In this document: one piece after another, positions 20,534 through 29,844 of the stretch
How positions within the stretch are numbered: position 1 is the first letter of the stretch
How the letters are laid out: every line of letters begins with the position of its first letter
Assembly: GCA_965249575.1 (NCBI GenBank)
Contig: OZ252244.1
Location: 1,664,001-1,728,000, forward strand
Reading direction: 5' to 3'
From: Gemmatimonadales bacterium
Lineage (GTDB): Bacteria; Gemmatimonadota; Gemmatimonadetes; Gemmatimonadales; GWC2-71-9
Length of the DNA stretch: 64,000 bases
Notes under the pieces: generated by a model
Databases searched by the model: none
What the model was told of the DNA's origin: nothing
Seen by the model: the letters and a program-made list of their open reading frames with translations, nothing else
Translations under genes and position numbers: made by a program

Positions 20534-21514
20534 ATGCGTGCAGTGGTCATCACAAAGCCCGGCGGCCCCGAAGTCCTGGAGATTCGGGACACCCCAGATC
20601 CCGAGCCGAGCGCTGGGGAGGTGCGGGTTCGGGTCAGTGCCTTCGGCATCAACCGGGCCGATCTGCTCCAGCGCAAGGGGCTCTACCCCGCGCCACCGGG
20701 GGTGCCGAAGGACATTCCGGGCCTCGAATACGCCGGCCTAGTGGATGCCTTGGGAGAGCGCGCCGAGGGGATCGCCGCCGGTGACCGGGTGATGGGGATC
20801 GTGGGGGGCGGGGCGTACGCGGAGTACGTGATCGCACCCGCCGGGCAGGCGGTGTCGATCCCCGACGGCATGCCGTTCGAGCGGGCGGCGGCCATCCCGG
20901 AGGCATTCATCACCGCACACGACGCGATCGTCCGATTGTGCGTCACGCAGGGGGAATGGGTCCTCGTTCACGCGATCGGGAGCGGGGTGGGCACCGCCGC
21001 GCTGCAGCTCATCAAGGCGCGAGGCGCCCGGTGCATCGGAACGAGCCGCACCGCCGCCAAGCTCGACCGCGCGACGGCGCTGGGGATGGACGCCGGCGTC
21101 GATACGGCCGCCCAGAAAAAGTTCTCCGATTCGGTGCTCAAGATCGCCGGCGTGGGCGCGGAGGCCGCTATCGACCTGGTGGGCGGCAAGCTGTTTCCCG
21201 AGACACTCAAGTCCATGGCCCCGCGCGGCCACGTCATGCTGGTTGGGCTCACGGCGGGCAATCGAGCCGACGTGGACTTGGGACTCATCCTGCGCAAGCG
21301 GCTGCGGCTCGAGGGAACGGTGGTGCGGTCGCGCTCGAAGGACGAGAAGATCGAAGCGACGGAAGCCTTCCGTGAGGCCGTCTTGCCAAGCATGGCGAGC
21401 GGCGAGATCAATCCCGTCGTCGACCGCACCTTCCCGCTCGAGGAGGTCGGCGCCGCACACACGTACATGGAGTCGAACGCCAACTTCGGAAAAGTGGTCG
21501 TGCTCATCGAGTGA
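20534..21514 (+). CDS. NAD(P)H:quinone oxidoreductase (MDR, PIG3 type)
   Basis: GINRADLLQRKG.YP.P.G, PGLE, HAIGSGVGTAA, GKVV. Confidence 0.93.
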   Translation: MRAVVITKPGGPEVLEIRDTPDPEPSAGEVRVRVSAFGINRADLLQRKGLYPAPPGVPKDIPGLEYAGLVDALGERAEGIAAGDRVMGIVGGGAYAEYVIAPAGQAVSIPDGMPFERAAAIPEAFITAHDAIVRLCVTQGEWVLVHAIGSGVGTAALQLIKARGARCIGTSRTAAKLDRATALGMDAGVDTAAQKKFSDSVLKIAGVGAEAAIDLVGGKLFPETLKSMAPRGHVMLVGLTAGNRADVDLGLILRKRLRLEGTVVRSRSKDEKIEATEAFREAVLPSMASGEINPVVDRTFPLEEVGAAHTYMESNANFGKVVVLIE

Positions 21515-21535
21515 ATTATCTTTGATGGGTCCGCG

Positions 21536-22522
21536 ATGACCACCACCGCCGTCTCCCCGGTGTTTCGACCGGCCTATCTCGATACCGGCGTCGGCGCGCT
21601 ACGCGAGCGAGCCGAGCGCGCGATCGCCACGCTGGCGGACTGCCGCGCGTGCCCCCGCGATTGCCGGGTCAACCGGCTCGAGAACAAGTGGTCCGCCTGC
21701 AAGACCGGGCGCTACGCCGTCGTCTCGAGTCACTTTCCGCATTTCGGCGAGGAAGACTGTCTGCGAGGCTGGAACGGCTCCGGCACGATCTTCTTTGGCC
21801 ACTGCAACCTGCGCTGCGTGTTCTGCCAGAACTACGACATCAGCCAGGCGATACGGCCGGGCGCCGCAGCGCCCGGCCACGATGCGCGGCAAATCGCGGA
21901 CATGATGCTCGAGCTGCAGACGCTGGGCTGTCACAACGTCAACTTCGTGACCCCCGAGCACGTCGTGCCGCAGGTCATCGAGGCGGTGGCGCTCGCGGTC
22001 GGCGACGGCCTCAACCTCCCGATCGTCTACAACACGAGCGCCTACGATTCGCTGGAGAGCATCGAGCTGCTGGACGGCATCGTCGACATCTACATGCCCG
22101 ACTTCAAGTACTGGTCCGGCCAGCGCAGCGCGCGGTACCTCAAGGCCCCGGACTATCCCGAACGCGCCAGGGCCGCCATCGCGGCCATGCACCGGCAGGT
22201 AGGCCAGCTCACCGTCGATGACCAGGGGTTGGCAAAGCGGGGCTTGCTCATCCGGCACCTCGTCATGCCCGGGGCGCTCGATGAAACGCGCTCGATCTTC
22301 GAGTGGATAGCCACCGAGCTCGGCACCGACACGTATGTGAATGTGATGGACCAGTACCATCCGGCGGGCAAGGTCGACCCATCGCGCCATTCGGAGATCA
22401 GCCGGCCGACGAGCACCGACGAGTTCCATCGAGCGGTCCGCCTCGCCCGCGCGGCGGGGCTCGAGCGGCTCGACTATCGAAAGCCGCACGCACGCCTCAT
22501 GCGCAGGCTCAACGTCGTGTGA
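21536..22522 (+). CDS. Radical SAM protein, PflX-like
   Basis: CNLRCVFCQN (CxxxCxxC), N-terminal CRACPRDC, HFGEE, GSGTIFF, DIYMPDFKY, RHLVMPG. Confidence 0.92.
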   Translation: MTTTAVSPVFRPAYLDTGVGALRERAERAIATLADCRACPRDCRVNRLENKWSACKTGRYAVVSSHFPHFGEEDCLRGWNGSGTIFFGHCNLRCVFCQNYDISQAIRPGAAAPGHDARQIADMMLELQTLGCHNVNFVTPEHVVPQVIEAVALAVGDGLNLPIVYNTSAYDSLESIELLDGIVDIYMPDFKYWSGQRSARYLKAPDYPERARAAIAAMHRQVGQLTVDDQGLAKRGLLIRHLVMPGALDETRSIFEWIATELGTDTYVNVMDQYHPAGKVDPSRHSEISRPTSTDEFHRAVRLARAAGLERLDYRKPHARLMRRLNVV

Positions 22523-22570
22523 CAAACGGGTCGAGCGATCCTGCCTCAGGCCACTCACCGGAGCAAGCCC

Positions 22571-24247
22571 ATGACTAGTTCCCGTCATCGAGCTCTTGCC
22601 ACGCTCGTCGTGCAGTTGAGCCTCCTCTCGACCGCGGCTTGCTGGCGGAGTTCCCGAGACCCCGTTCAACTCCTGAGCGATTGGTCGAGTCGCAACCAGA
22701 CGTCTCTCGAGGACCCACCGGTCTCGCGCGGAGTGGCGAGCCGCCAACAGGACGCGCGCTGGAACCTGATTTCGATCGTGACCGACGACCAGGCGGTCTG
22801 GTCGGTCGGCGCCTACGGCTACGACGAGGCCCACACACCCAACATGGACCGTTTGGCCAGCGAGGGCGTGCTCTTCACCAACGCCTTCGCCGCCTCCGGC
22901 GTGTGCACGCCGAGCAGAGTGGCGTTTCTCACTGGGCTGTACCCAATCCAGGCGGGCTTCCCCGACGTGCCCTATCGGCGGGACATCGACGAGGGGTTGC
23001 CACTCGGAGTCCCGTCCTGGCCGCGCGTGCTCCAGGAGCACGGTTACACGACGGGGCTTATCGGGAAATGGCATCTCGGATTCACCCGCGAGAACCACCC
23101 GACCAACTACGGCATCGACTACTTCTACGGGTTCCAGGGCGGAGGCAACCGTCCCATCGATCCGATTCTCGAGCGCGACGGCGAGATCGGCGTAGTCCCC
23201 GGCCCAACGCCGGACGTCCTGGTGGACGATGCGATTCGCTTCCTCGAACGGCACCGGGCCGACCGGTTCGCGCTGATGCTGCACTTCAGGGCGCCGCACG
23301 CGCCGCACTTGCCGGTTCCAGAGGCGGACCTCGAGCCATTCGCCGATCTCGACCCGACCGTGCCCGTGGTGGATCCCGCGGACGCCCTGCTCGACGACGA
23401 TCAGGAGCCCGCAGACCCGGCGGCCATCGCGCTGCACGTCGAATTATTGAAGGAGAAGGTGAACAGCTACTACGCGAGCGTGCATTCCGTCGACCGCAAC
23501 CTCGGCCGGCTGCTCGCCAAGCTCGACGAGCTCGGGCTCACGGGCAACACGATCGTGATGTTCCAGAGTGATCAGGGGTACCTGTTCGGCCATCGCGGAC
23601 TCAAGGGCAAGGGTGGGGCCCAGCCGATTCGAAACCACACGCTCCAGAACAACGTGTTCGTGGTCAACATGTTCGACGTCGCGCTACGCATTCCGCTGAT
23701 CGTCCGCTGGCCGGGCGTCGCGCGGCCCGGCGCCGTGCGCGAGGAGCTGGTCTCCAACATCGACACGTATGCGTCTGTATTGGGCATGCTCGGCGTTCCC
23801 AAGCCGATCGACGCCTCAGATCAGAGCCGGGACTTCTCGCCGCTCATCCGGGGTGAGCCCGTCACATGGCGCGACGCGGTCTTTTCGGAGTACACACCCG
23901 ACCAGATCGGCGCGATGAACTTCAGCCGCATGATCCGAACCGACCGGTGGAAACTGGTGCGGAGCTACTTGAACGGCGGGGGAAACGAGCTGTACGATCT
24001 CGCGGCCGATCCTGGCGAGGTCCGGAACCTCTACTACTCCCACTACAAGCGCGTCCCGCTGCTGCAATATCGGGGAGAGCGCCGCGGGGACGGCGAGCAT
24101 CCCTACGCCGACGTGCTGGACGATCTACAGTCGCGGCTCTCCGCGTGGCAGCGTTCGATAGGCGACCCCGCTCCAGCACTGGAACGGCGGTATCTGGAAG
24201 ACAAGCGGGATACCCGCGCTCGCTGGGGCGGGGGAGGTGACCGCTAA
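22571..24247 (+). CDS. Exported Cys-type sulfatase
   Basis: Lipoprotein-like leader (TAAC); TDDQ, CTPSR (CxPxR), GKWHLG, ELYDL..DPGE. Confidence 0.93.
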   Translation: MTSSRHRALATLVVQLSLLSTAACWRSSRDPVQLLSDWSSRNQTSLEDPPVSRGVASRQQDARWNLISIVTDDQAVWSVGAYGYDEAHTPNMDRLASEGVLFTNAFAASGVCTPSRVAFLTGLYPIQAGFPDVPYRRDIDEGLPLGVPSWPRVLQEHGYTTGLIGKWHLGFTRENHPTNYGIDYFYGFQGGGNRPIDPILERDGEIGVVPGPTPDVLVDDAIRFLERHRADRFALMLHFRAPHAPHLPVPEADLEPFADLDPTVPVVDPADALLDDDQEPADPAAIALHVELLKEKVNSYYASVHSVDRNLGRLLAKLDELGLTGNTIVMFQSDQGYLFGHRGLKGKGGAQPIRNHTLQNNVFVVNMFDVALRIPLIVRWPGVARPGAVREELVSNIDTYASVLGMLGVPKPIDASDQSRDFSPLIRGEPVTWRDAVFSEYTPDQIGAMNFSRMIRTDRWKLVRSYLNGGGNELYDLAADPGEVRNLYYSHYKRVPLLQYRGERRGDGEHPYADVLDDLQSRLSAWQRSIGDPAPALERRYLEDKRDTRARWGGGGDR

Positions 24248-24747
24248 GGGTAGCGCCGGTGCCATTTCGGGATGAGGGCTCCGACCCCGGCGCCAACCGC
24301 ACCGCCGATGGCACTCCCTCCGAGTCCGAGGATCGGGATGGCCTCCGGACACGGATCGACCACGTCGAAGAAGCCGCTCGAGCAGAAGGAATTCGTCACG
24401 GCCCCAACGAACACTCCGAAGGCCCCGCCGGCTATGGCGCCCACGATCGCCCCGGTCTTGGTTGCCCGGCCCCGCGTCCACAACCTGCTCACGGAATCCA
24501 TTCTCACGCGGTGTTCGCCCTCATCGCTCGAGAGCAGCAGCGCCCCGGCGTCGACTCGTAAGAACACACCCTCGAGCTGTCTCCGCTCGCTCTCGATGCG
24601 CACGCGGGAGCCATGCGAAAGGCTCGGAAGCTGTATCGCGTTATCGGTTTGGCGCTGAGAGTGCGCGGGACCAGAACCGACCGCGCCCAGCAGCGTTACG
24701 AGCGCCAGGGTGCGGGAGCCCGTGGCCCGCAGCCGGGGAAAGACCAT
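24244..24747 (-). CDS. Exported protein with glycine-zipper membrane helices
   Basis: Signal peptide ending AHS-Q; GAIVGAIAGGAFG and GSAIGGAVGAGVGA repeats. Confidence 0.75.
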   Translation of the reverse strand: MVFPRLRATGSRTLALVTLLGAVGSGPAHSQRQTDNAIQLPSLSHGSRVRIESERRQLEGVFLRVDAGALLLSSDEGEHRVRMDSVSRLWTRGRATKTGAIVGAIAGGAFGVFVGAVTNSFCSSGFFDVVDPCPEAIPILGLGGSAIGGAVGAGVGALIPKWHRRYP

Positions 24748-24918
24748 GCCGAACGCCTCGTGACTGGAGCGAATGAAATGTACTCGGGCCACCGCCACGC
24801 AGGGTGGCGACGAAACCGCATCGTACCTGGCAGGGTGTGCGACGGCGGATTACTTTCGCGCCCCTGGTCTTCCGTGGGGATGGACCCCCATTCAGTGAGC
24901 CCTTTTCAGGAGGTGATC

Positions 24919-25359
24919 GTGGCCGAGAAAATGCCCCAGACCTACGCGAACCACAAGCGACTCGTTCCCGGGTTCCACATCGTGGCATTCGGACTGCTGG
25001 TAATCAACCTGCTGTGGTCGCTGTACAGAGTCGTCTTCGCGTTCTCGCTTCAGAACCTCGTCACGACACTCCTGGCCGTTGGGGTCGTCCTGTTGTTCGT
25101 CTACGCGCGCACGTTCGTGACGATTGTTCAGGACCGCATCATCAGGCTGGAAGAACGACTTCGCCTGCGGTCGGTATTGCCGGACGACCTGAAACGCTCG
25201 GTCGACGACTTGACCCCGGCCCAGCTGATCGCGCTCAGGTTCGGATCCGACAACGAGGTCGTCGAGCTCGTGCGGGTCGTCAGGTCCGAGGGAATCACCG
25301 ACCGAGAGGAGATCAAGCGCCGCGTCAAGAATTGGCGGCCCGATTATTTGAGGGTCTGA
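24919..25359 (+). CDS. Membrane protein, DUF6526-like
   Basis: AGGAGGT RBS plus GTG; QTYANH..., QDRIIRLEERLR, QLIALRF.SD.E, W.PD..RV pattern. Confidence 0.8.
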   Translation: MAEKMPQTYANHKRLVPGFHIVAFGLLVINLLWSLYRVVFAFSLQNLVTTLLAVGVVLLFVYARTFVTIVQDRIIRLEERLRLRSVLPDDLKRSVDDLTPAQLIALRFGSDNEVVELVRVVRSEGITDREEIKRRVKNWRPDYLRV

Positions 25360-25410
25360 GTCGAGGGGTGCTGGCCGGATGGAGCTGCGACGATTGCCGC
25401 GACGATCGTT

Positions 25411-26142
25411 TTAGACTGGGCGCGCCTTTCCCTCCAAAACACTCTCGAGAGCCCGCAGCAAGTCGCTCGGGGTAAAGGGCTTCCTCAAGATGTAAGAGGC
25501 TCCCAGCGTCTTGGCCATCGCAAGGGGATCGGGCGCACCGTAGCGCCGCTGCCCGGAGATCGCGATGACCTTCGCGTCGGGGTATTCGCGCCGGAGCTTC
25601 CGAACGAACTCGAGACCGGAATTGGACGGCATCAGCAAGTTGACGATCACGATGTCAGCGGGGCCATCACGGTAGGAGCGGAGGGCCGCGTCGGCGTCGG
25701 AGGCCTCGACCACCTCGTGACCCGCCCTGGTGAGTGCGATCCGGAGCGTGTCGCGCGTCAGGTCCTCATCGTCGACGATCAGCGTGCGCGCCATGCGGTA
25801 ATCGGCGATCATGAGGCCTCGCCGACAGGGCCAGCAACGGACTTCCCTCACGGTCCCGCCGACCCGGGCAATGGGGTATCCGAGCGTCAACTCGCCGCCA
25901 CACACCGGGCACGCCGGCTGCGCTGCCGGCCGCGCGACCGCCTCACGGATCCGTTCGGTGTCCTCTCTCGAATATGGAATCGGCGTCTGGCGCCTCCGGT
26001 CGGTGGTCCGGCGCCCGAACCGGCTGCGCCTCCCGCCACCGCTGCGCCGCAGCCGGGATCGGCGGTCGGTGCCCCGGCGCCGTTCGGCCCGCACGGCAGC
26101 GATCCGTTTGCGACGCTCTCCGGTCCTCCGGTCCTCATCCAC
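25411..26142 (-). CDS. Response regulator: Arg-rich N-terminus, Cys4 zinc ribbon, atypical receiver domain (start uncertain)
   Basis: DRRTGERR/ERRRGTDRR repeats; CPVC...CWPC; LIVDDE, IVNLLMP (Asn at phospho-Asp position), KPF. Confidence 0.75.
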   Translation of the reverse strand: MDEDRRTGERRKRIAAVRAERRRGTDRRSRLRRSGGGRRSRFGRRTTDRRRQTPIPYSREDTERIREAVARPAAQPACPVCGGELTLGYPIARVGGTVREVRCWPCRRGLMIADYRMARTLIVDDEDLTRDTLRIALTRAGHEVVEASDADAALRSYRDGPADIVIVNLLMPSNSGLEFVRKLRREYPDAKVIAISGQRRYGAPDPLAMAKTLGASYILRKPFTPSDLLRALESVLEGKARPV

Positions 26143-26465
26143 GTTCCTTCGAGGCCGATCCACGGGTTGGGCGCAAGGGGGAGCCCGAACCGCTGACGGA
26201 CCTGCGCGCCGGCGCTGATGATGTTGTCGTGACCGCCGGTGAAGGACAGTCGGGTGAACCCGAGCAGCCCAAGGAGAGAGGTTTGACCGATCCTCGGGCC
26301 CGCGACGACATGGCCACCGACCCCTTTTTCGGAGTCCCTGCCGTCGCTGCCGCTCTTCAAGGCCCCGAACCCCCCCACCGCGACATGCGGTGCCACCGGA
26401 ATCATCGTCGCACAAGCGCCGCTTACCAGCGCGGCTGCCACGACCAGAACCGCACGCGTCTTCAT
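26143..26465 (-). pseudogene. N-terminal half of an outer-membrane beta-barrel-like lipoprotein, apparently truncated
   Basis: MKTRAVLVVAAALVSGAC lipobox; alternating beta-strand pattern to NPWIGLEGTWMR, then the frame degenerates into the Arg-repeat DNA of the next gene. Confidence 0.55.
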
Positions 26466-26717
26466 AGTCCCCCGCCTGAGTTGAGTGAGCGCCGAACACC
26501 CGATCCCAGCTCGACTCCCATCCAAGGTAATCAATATGGAGGCGGCTTATGCTCTAGAGGCGGCCTATGCTGTGCCGTCCGCGCCCGGACTGCCGTGGGC
26601 CCCATCGCCTGCGTTCCGCGTCGTGTCACCGCTTACCCTTGCTGCCGATTGCGGCCGGCCACACATTCGGCGCGGCGAAGATTCCCATGGCCGCACCGAT
26701 CTCAAGAGGAGGTTCCG

Positions 26718-27017
26718 ATGCTGGAGTGGCTCGTACCGTTTACCGTGTTTTGGATTGCCTCGGCGATGTTTCTTGGGGGATGGCCGGTCGAGTTGGAGGG
26801 GGGGAAGGGGCTACAGCACGTGCTTGGCCTGATCGTTACGATGGTACTCTTCCTGGCGATCTGGGGTGGGCTGCGCGCGCTCCTCGGCGGCATCGGTCCA
26901 GTATTGGGGAGACTGGTGCTCCCGGCCGCCCTTACGGTGGTGACCGTACCGCTGCAAGCGTGGCTGGGGTACCGCGTCTTTGGGATCCGTCTGCGGTTCG
27001 GCAGCGCGGGGCACTGA
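26718..27017 (+). CDS. Small three-TM membrane protein
   Basis: GAGGAGG RBS before ATG; three hydrophobic segments. Confidence 0.8.
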   Translation: MLEWLVPFTVFWIASAMFLGGWPVELEGGKGLQHVLGLIVTMVLFLAIWGGLRALLGGIGPVLGRLVLPAALTVVTVPLQAWLGYRVFGIRLRFGSAGH

Positions 27018-27087
27018 TCACGCACTAGGCCCAAAAGGAACGTGGGGCCCACAGGCGGGCCTCACACGACTCCGCGCCCCGCGAGGG

Positions 27088-27468
27088 TCAGTCGTCGTCG
27101 CCCTCATCCTCGAGGGCCTCGTGGAACCACGAACTCCGCGGATCGACTCCCTGGATGCGCACCGTCGCGTGCGGGTTGAGCAGCTCGGCGGGCACGATCC
27201 ATAGCCGCGCCTCCCACAACACACCGTCCATCTCGAAGCGATCCAACACCTCGTCCGACAACTCCATCTTCACCTCCAACACGGCATCTCCCGGGGGACC
27301 CTCATCCTCCTTGAGCGGACGATCGGAGAGCCACACTCCGACCACCTTGAGGAGCTCGCCCGTCCGTTCGTCCTCCTGCCCGAACTGCCATCTCGCGTTC
27401 TCGAACCCGCCCTTCACGATGGCGCGCGCGTCTGCAATGCTGGTTCGGTGATAAAAGACCAGGCTCAT
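27088..27468 (-). CDS. Hypothetical protein with ADP-ribosyltransferase-like motif order
   Basis: FYHRTS..ARAIVKGGF...GVWLS...GDAVLEV...WIVP; acidic tail. Confidence 0.7.
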   Translation of the reverse strand: MSLVFYHRTSIADARAIVKGGFENARWQFGQEDERTGELLKVVGVWLSDRPLKEDEGPPGDAVLEVKMELSDEVLDRFEMDGVLWEARLWIVPAELLNPHATVRIQGVDPRSSWFHEALEDEGDDD

Positions 27469-27780
27469 CGAGTCCGATTCCCCTTCGGGCATCCCTAATG
27501 TTCGCGGCGCCCCCCCCAACCAACAACCCCCCGCAGATTCCCGAACCCTACTTCCTTACTGTTAGTTCGCCCCGACGGGGCCATTGGTTCCAACCAGCGG
27601 TATCTCGATTTAAGATCGGACGCCGGTCATCGTTCGTGAAGCTAGGTCTCATGTACCGGCCGGACGATGCCCGCGCCGCCGCCCGGGACACTTGCCAGCG
27701 CGCCGGGCGCTGCTTCCTTTCGCGTAGATCCAGGCCGGCAACAGGGCGTGCAACACGGTCTCACATGCCACTGGAGGGAA

Positions 27781-28890
27781 ATGTCAGGCAGCACCGATCG
27801 AGTGAAGGTGGCCGTACTCTACAATCACGTGGACGAAGATGAGTACGAGAAGCTGAAAGAGGTCGACCCGTCGACCCTGGAATTTCAGCCCGAGTACGAC
27901 ATTCACGTTGCAACCGTCACCGAGGAGTACGACGCGATCGTCAAGGCCCTCAGGCGTAGCGGATTTCGCGCTCGGGCCGTCAACATTCAGGACGACGTCA
28001 AGCGGCTCGAACGCGTGCTCCGGAGAAGCCCGCCGGACGTGATCTTCAACCTCATCGAGCATTTCCGCGACGATCCGAGCGGCGAGACCAATGTGGCGGC
28101 GCTCTACGAGCTTCACCGTGTTGCGTACACGGGTGCTCCGCCCTTTGCTCTCGAGGTTGCGCAACGAAAGGGCCTGACCAAACTGATCCTGCAGGCACAC
28201 GGCGTCCCCACACCTCGCTTTCATCTAGTCGATGAAGGGAGCATTCGTGAACGCCACGGCCTTCGCTACCCGCTCATTGTCAAACCGGCGCGGGAAGATG
28301 CGAGTTCCGGCGTGGATCGCGATTCTGTGGTCGGCGACTACATGCAGCTGTCGAGCCAGGTGGAGCGAATCTTCAGAGAGTTCGGTGCGCCCGTGTTGAT
28401 CGAGGAGTTCATCGACGGCGGCGAGCTGCACGTCTCGATTCTGGGAAACGACCCTCCCCGAGTCTTGCCCGTGATCGAATGGGATTTCTCGACGCTCCCT
28501 CCCGACTACCCACCGATCATCACCTATGCGGCGAAGTGGAATCCGCTGGCCGAGGTCTACCATCGCGTGCATTCGGTTTGCCCGGCCCGGCTCCCGAAGC
28601 GAGTACTCCAGACGGTCGAGCGAGTGGCGCTCGAGGCCTATCGAACCGTGGGGTGCCGGGACTACGCGAGGCTGGACATTCGGCTCTCAAAGTCTCAGAA
28701 GCCCTACGTACTCGAAGTGAACCCAAACCCAGACCTCACTGAGGGGGTTTCCTTCATGGAATCCGCCGGCGCCGGTGGTTTCACGTTTGAGGAGGCTCTC
28801 GTGCACATCGCCGGATTGGCTCTACAGCGTCGCCAGGCTCCTAAACCCGATCCAGCCGAACGGGCATCGACGCCTGCGGGAGAATCATGA
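27781..28890 (+). CDS. D-Ala-D-Ala ligase-like ATP-grasp enzyme
   Basis: GGAGG RBS; FNLIE, YTG, PLIVKP..EDASSG, IEEFIDG, YARLDIRL, LEVNPNP. Confidence 0.9.
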   Translation: MSGSTDRVKVAVLYNHVDEDEYEKLKEVDPSTLEFQPEYDIHVATVTEEYDAIVKALRRSGFRARAVNIQDDVKRLERVLRRSPPDVIFNLIEHFRDDPSGETNVAALYELHRVAYTGAPPFALEVAQRKGLTKLILQAHGVPTPRFHLVDEGSIRERHGLRYPLIVKPAREDASSGVDRDSVVGDYMQLSSQVERIFREFGAPVLIEEFIDGGELHVSILGNDPPRVLPVIEWDFSTLPPDYPPIITYAAKWNPLAEVYHRVHSVCPARLPKRVLQTVERVALEAYRTVGCRDYARLDIRLSKSQKPYVLEVNPNPDLTEGVSFMESAGAGGFTFEEALVHIAGLALQRRQAPKPDPAERASTPAGES

Positions 28891-29651
28891 CGATCGAAAG
28901 AGAAGAGCGGGCATCGGTAACGGTCTTGCGCATGCGACACGGTAAGGTTCAAGCGATGGATCTCGAGCTACTGCGGTCGCTCGATGACGAGCTTCAGCGC
29001 GTGGAAGACGCTGAGATCGGGCGGGCGGTCGTGCTGACGGGAAGCGGCTCGGTGTTCAGCGCGGGCGTCGATCTATTCCGCCTCGTCGAGGGTGGAAGCA
29101 GTTATATCGACGAATTCTTGCCGCTGTTATCGGATGTCCTGCAGCGGGTGTTCGCGTTCCCCCGCCCGTTGGTTGCTGCGATCAACGGTCACGCCATCGC
29201 GGGAGGGTGCGTGCTGGCCTGCGCATGCGACTATCGCGTCGCGGCCCGAGGTTCGGGAACGATTGGCCTCCCCGAGCTTCGGGTCGGTGTCCCGTTTCCG
29301 CTCGTTCCGCTCGAGATCGTCCGGTTCGCGTTGCCCGCGGAGCACTTGCAGGAACTCGTCTATCTGGGCAGGACGTACCGCGTGGACGAGGCGGCCGGGC
29401 GAGGATTGGTGGACGAGGTCGTGAAGGGCGGCGACCTGATCGACCGCGCGTGCGACGTCGCCAGCCGTTTGGTCTCCGGGCCACCCGCCCGATTCGTTCT
29501 CGCCAAGCGCCAGCTCCGCGGTCCGACCATCCGTCGTATCCGGCGGCACGCAGTCGAAATGGATCGGAAGGTCCTGCGTGCCTGGAAGGACCCGGAGACG
29601 CTGCAGGCCATCCAGTCGTACCTGAGCAATACCATCAAGAAGTCCCGCTGA
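28887..29651 (+). CDS. Enoyl-CoA hydratase/isomerase family protein
   Basis: FSAGVDL, AAINGHAIAGG, GLPELRVG; ATGA overlap with upstream gene. Confidence 0.93.
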   Translation: MTIEREERASVTVLRMRHGKVQAMDLELLRSLDDELQRVEDAEIGRAVVLTGSGSVFSAGVDLFRLVEGGSSYIDEFLPLLSDVLQRVFAFPRPLVAAINGHAIAGGCVLACACDYRVAARGSGTIGLPELRVGVPFPLVPLEIVRFALPAEHLQELVYLGRTYRVDEAAGRGLVDEVVKGGDLIDRACDVASRLVSGPPARFVLAKRQLRGPTIRRIRRHAVEMDRKVLRAWKDPETLQAIQSYLSNTIKKSR

Positions 29652-29844
29652 CCCCTCGGGGCCAGCGCAGCGAGCCCTATCCTCCCGTTCCAGCAGGAGT
29701 TCCGACGACCAGCTCCACCGAATTGTGCGGTATGTCACAGAACAGCCGCCGCCGAACCGGCACGATAGGTACCCCAATCAGGGGTCCTCTCGGTTCAATT
29801 ACCTGTCTCTCCGCCGGTGACGGGCCGGCGGAGGAGGGCAAAAC

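Noticed and set aside
21536..24247. Radical SAM gene next to sulfatase as an anaerobic sulfatase maturase pair
   Set aside because: The radical SAM protein is PflX-like and lacks the Cys-rich C-terminal SPASM domain of anSME
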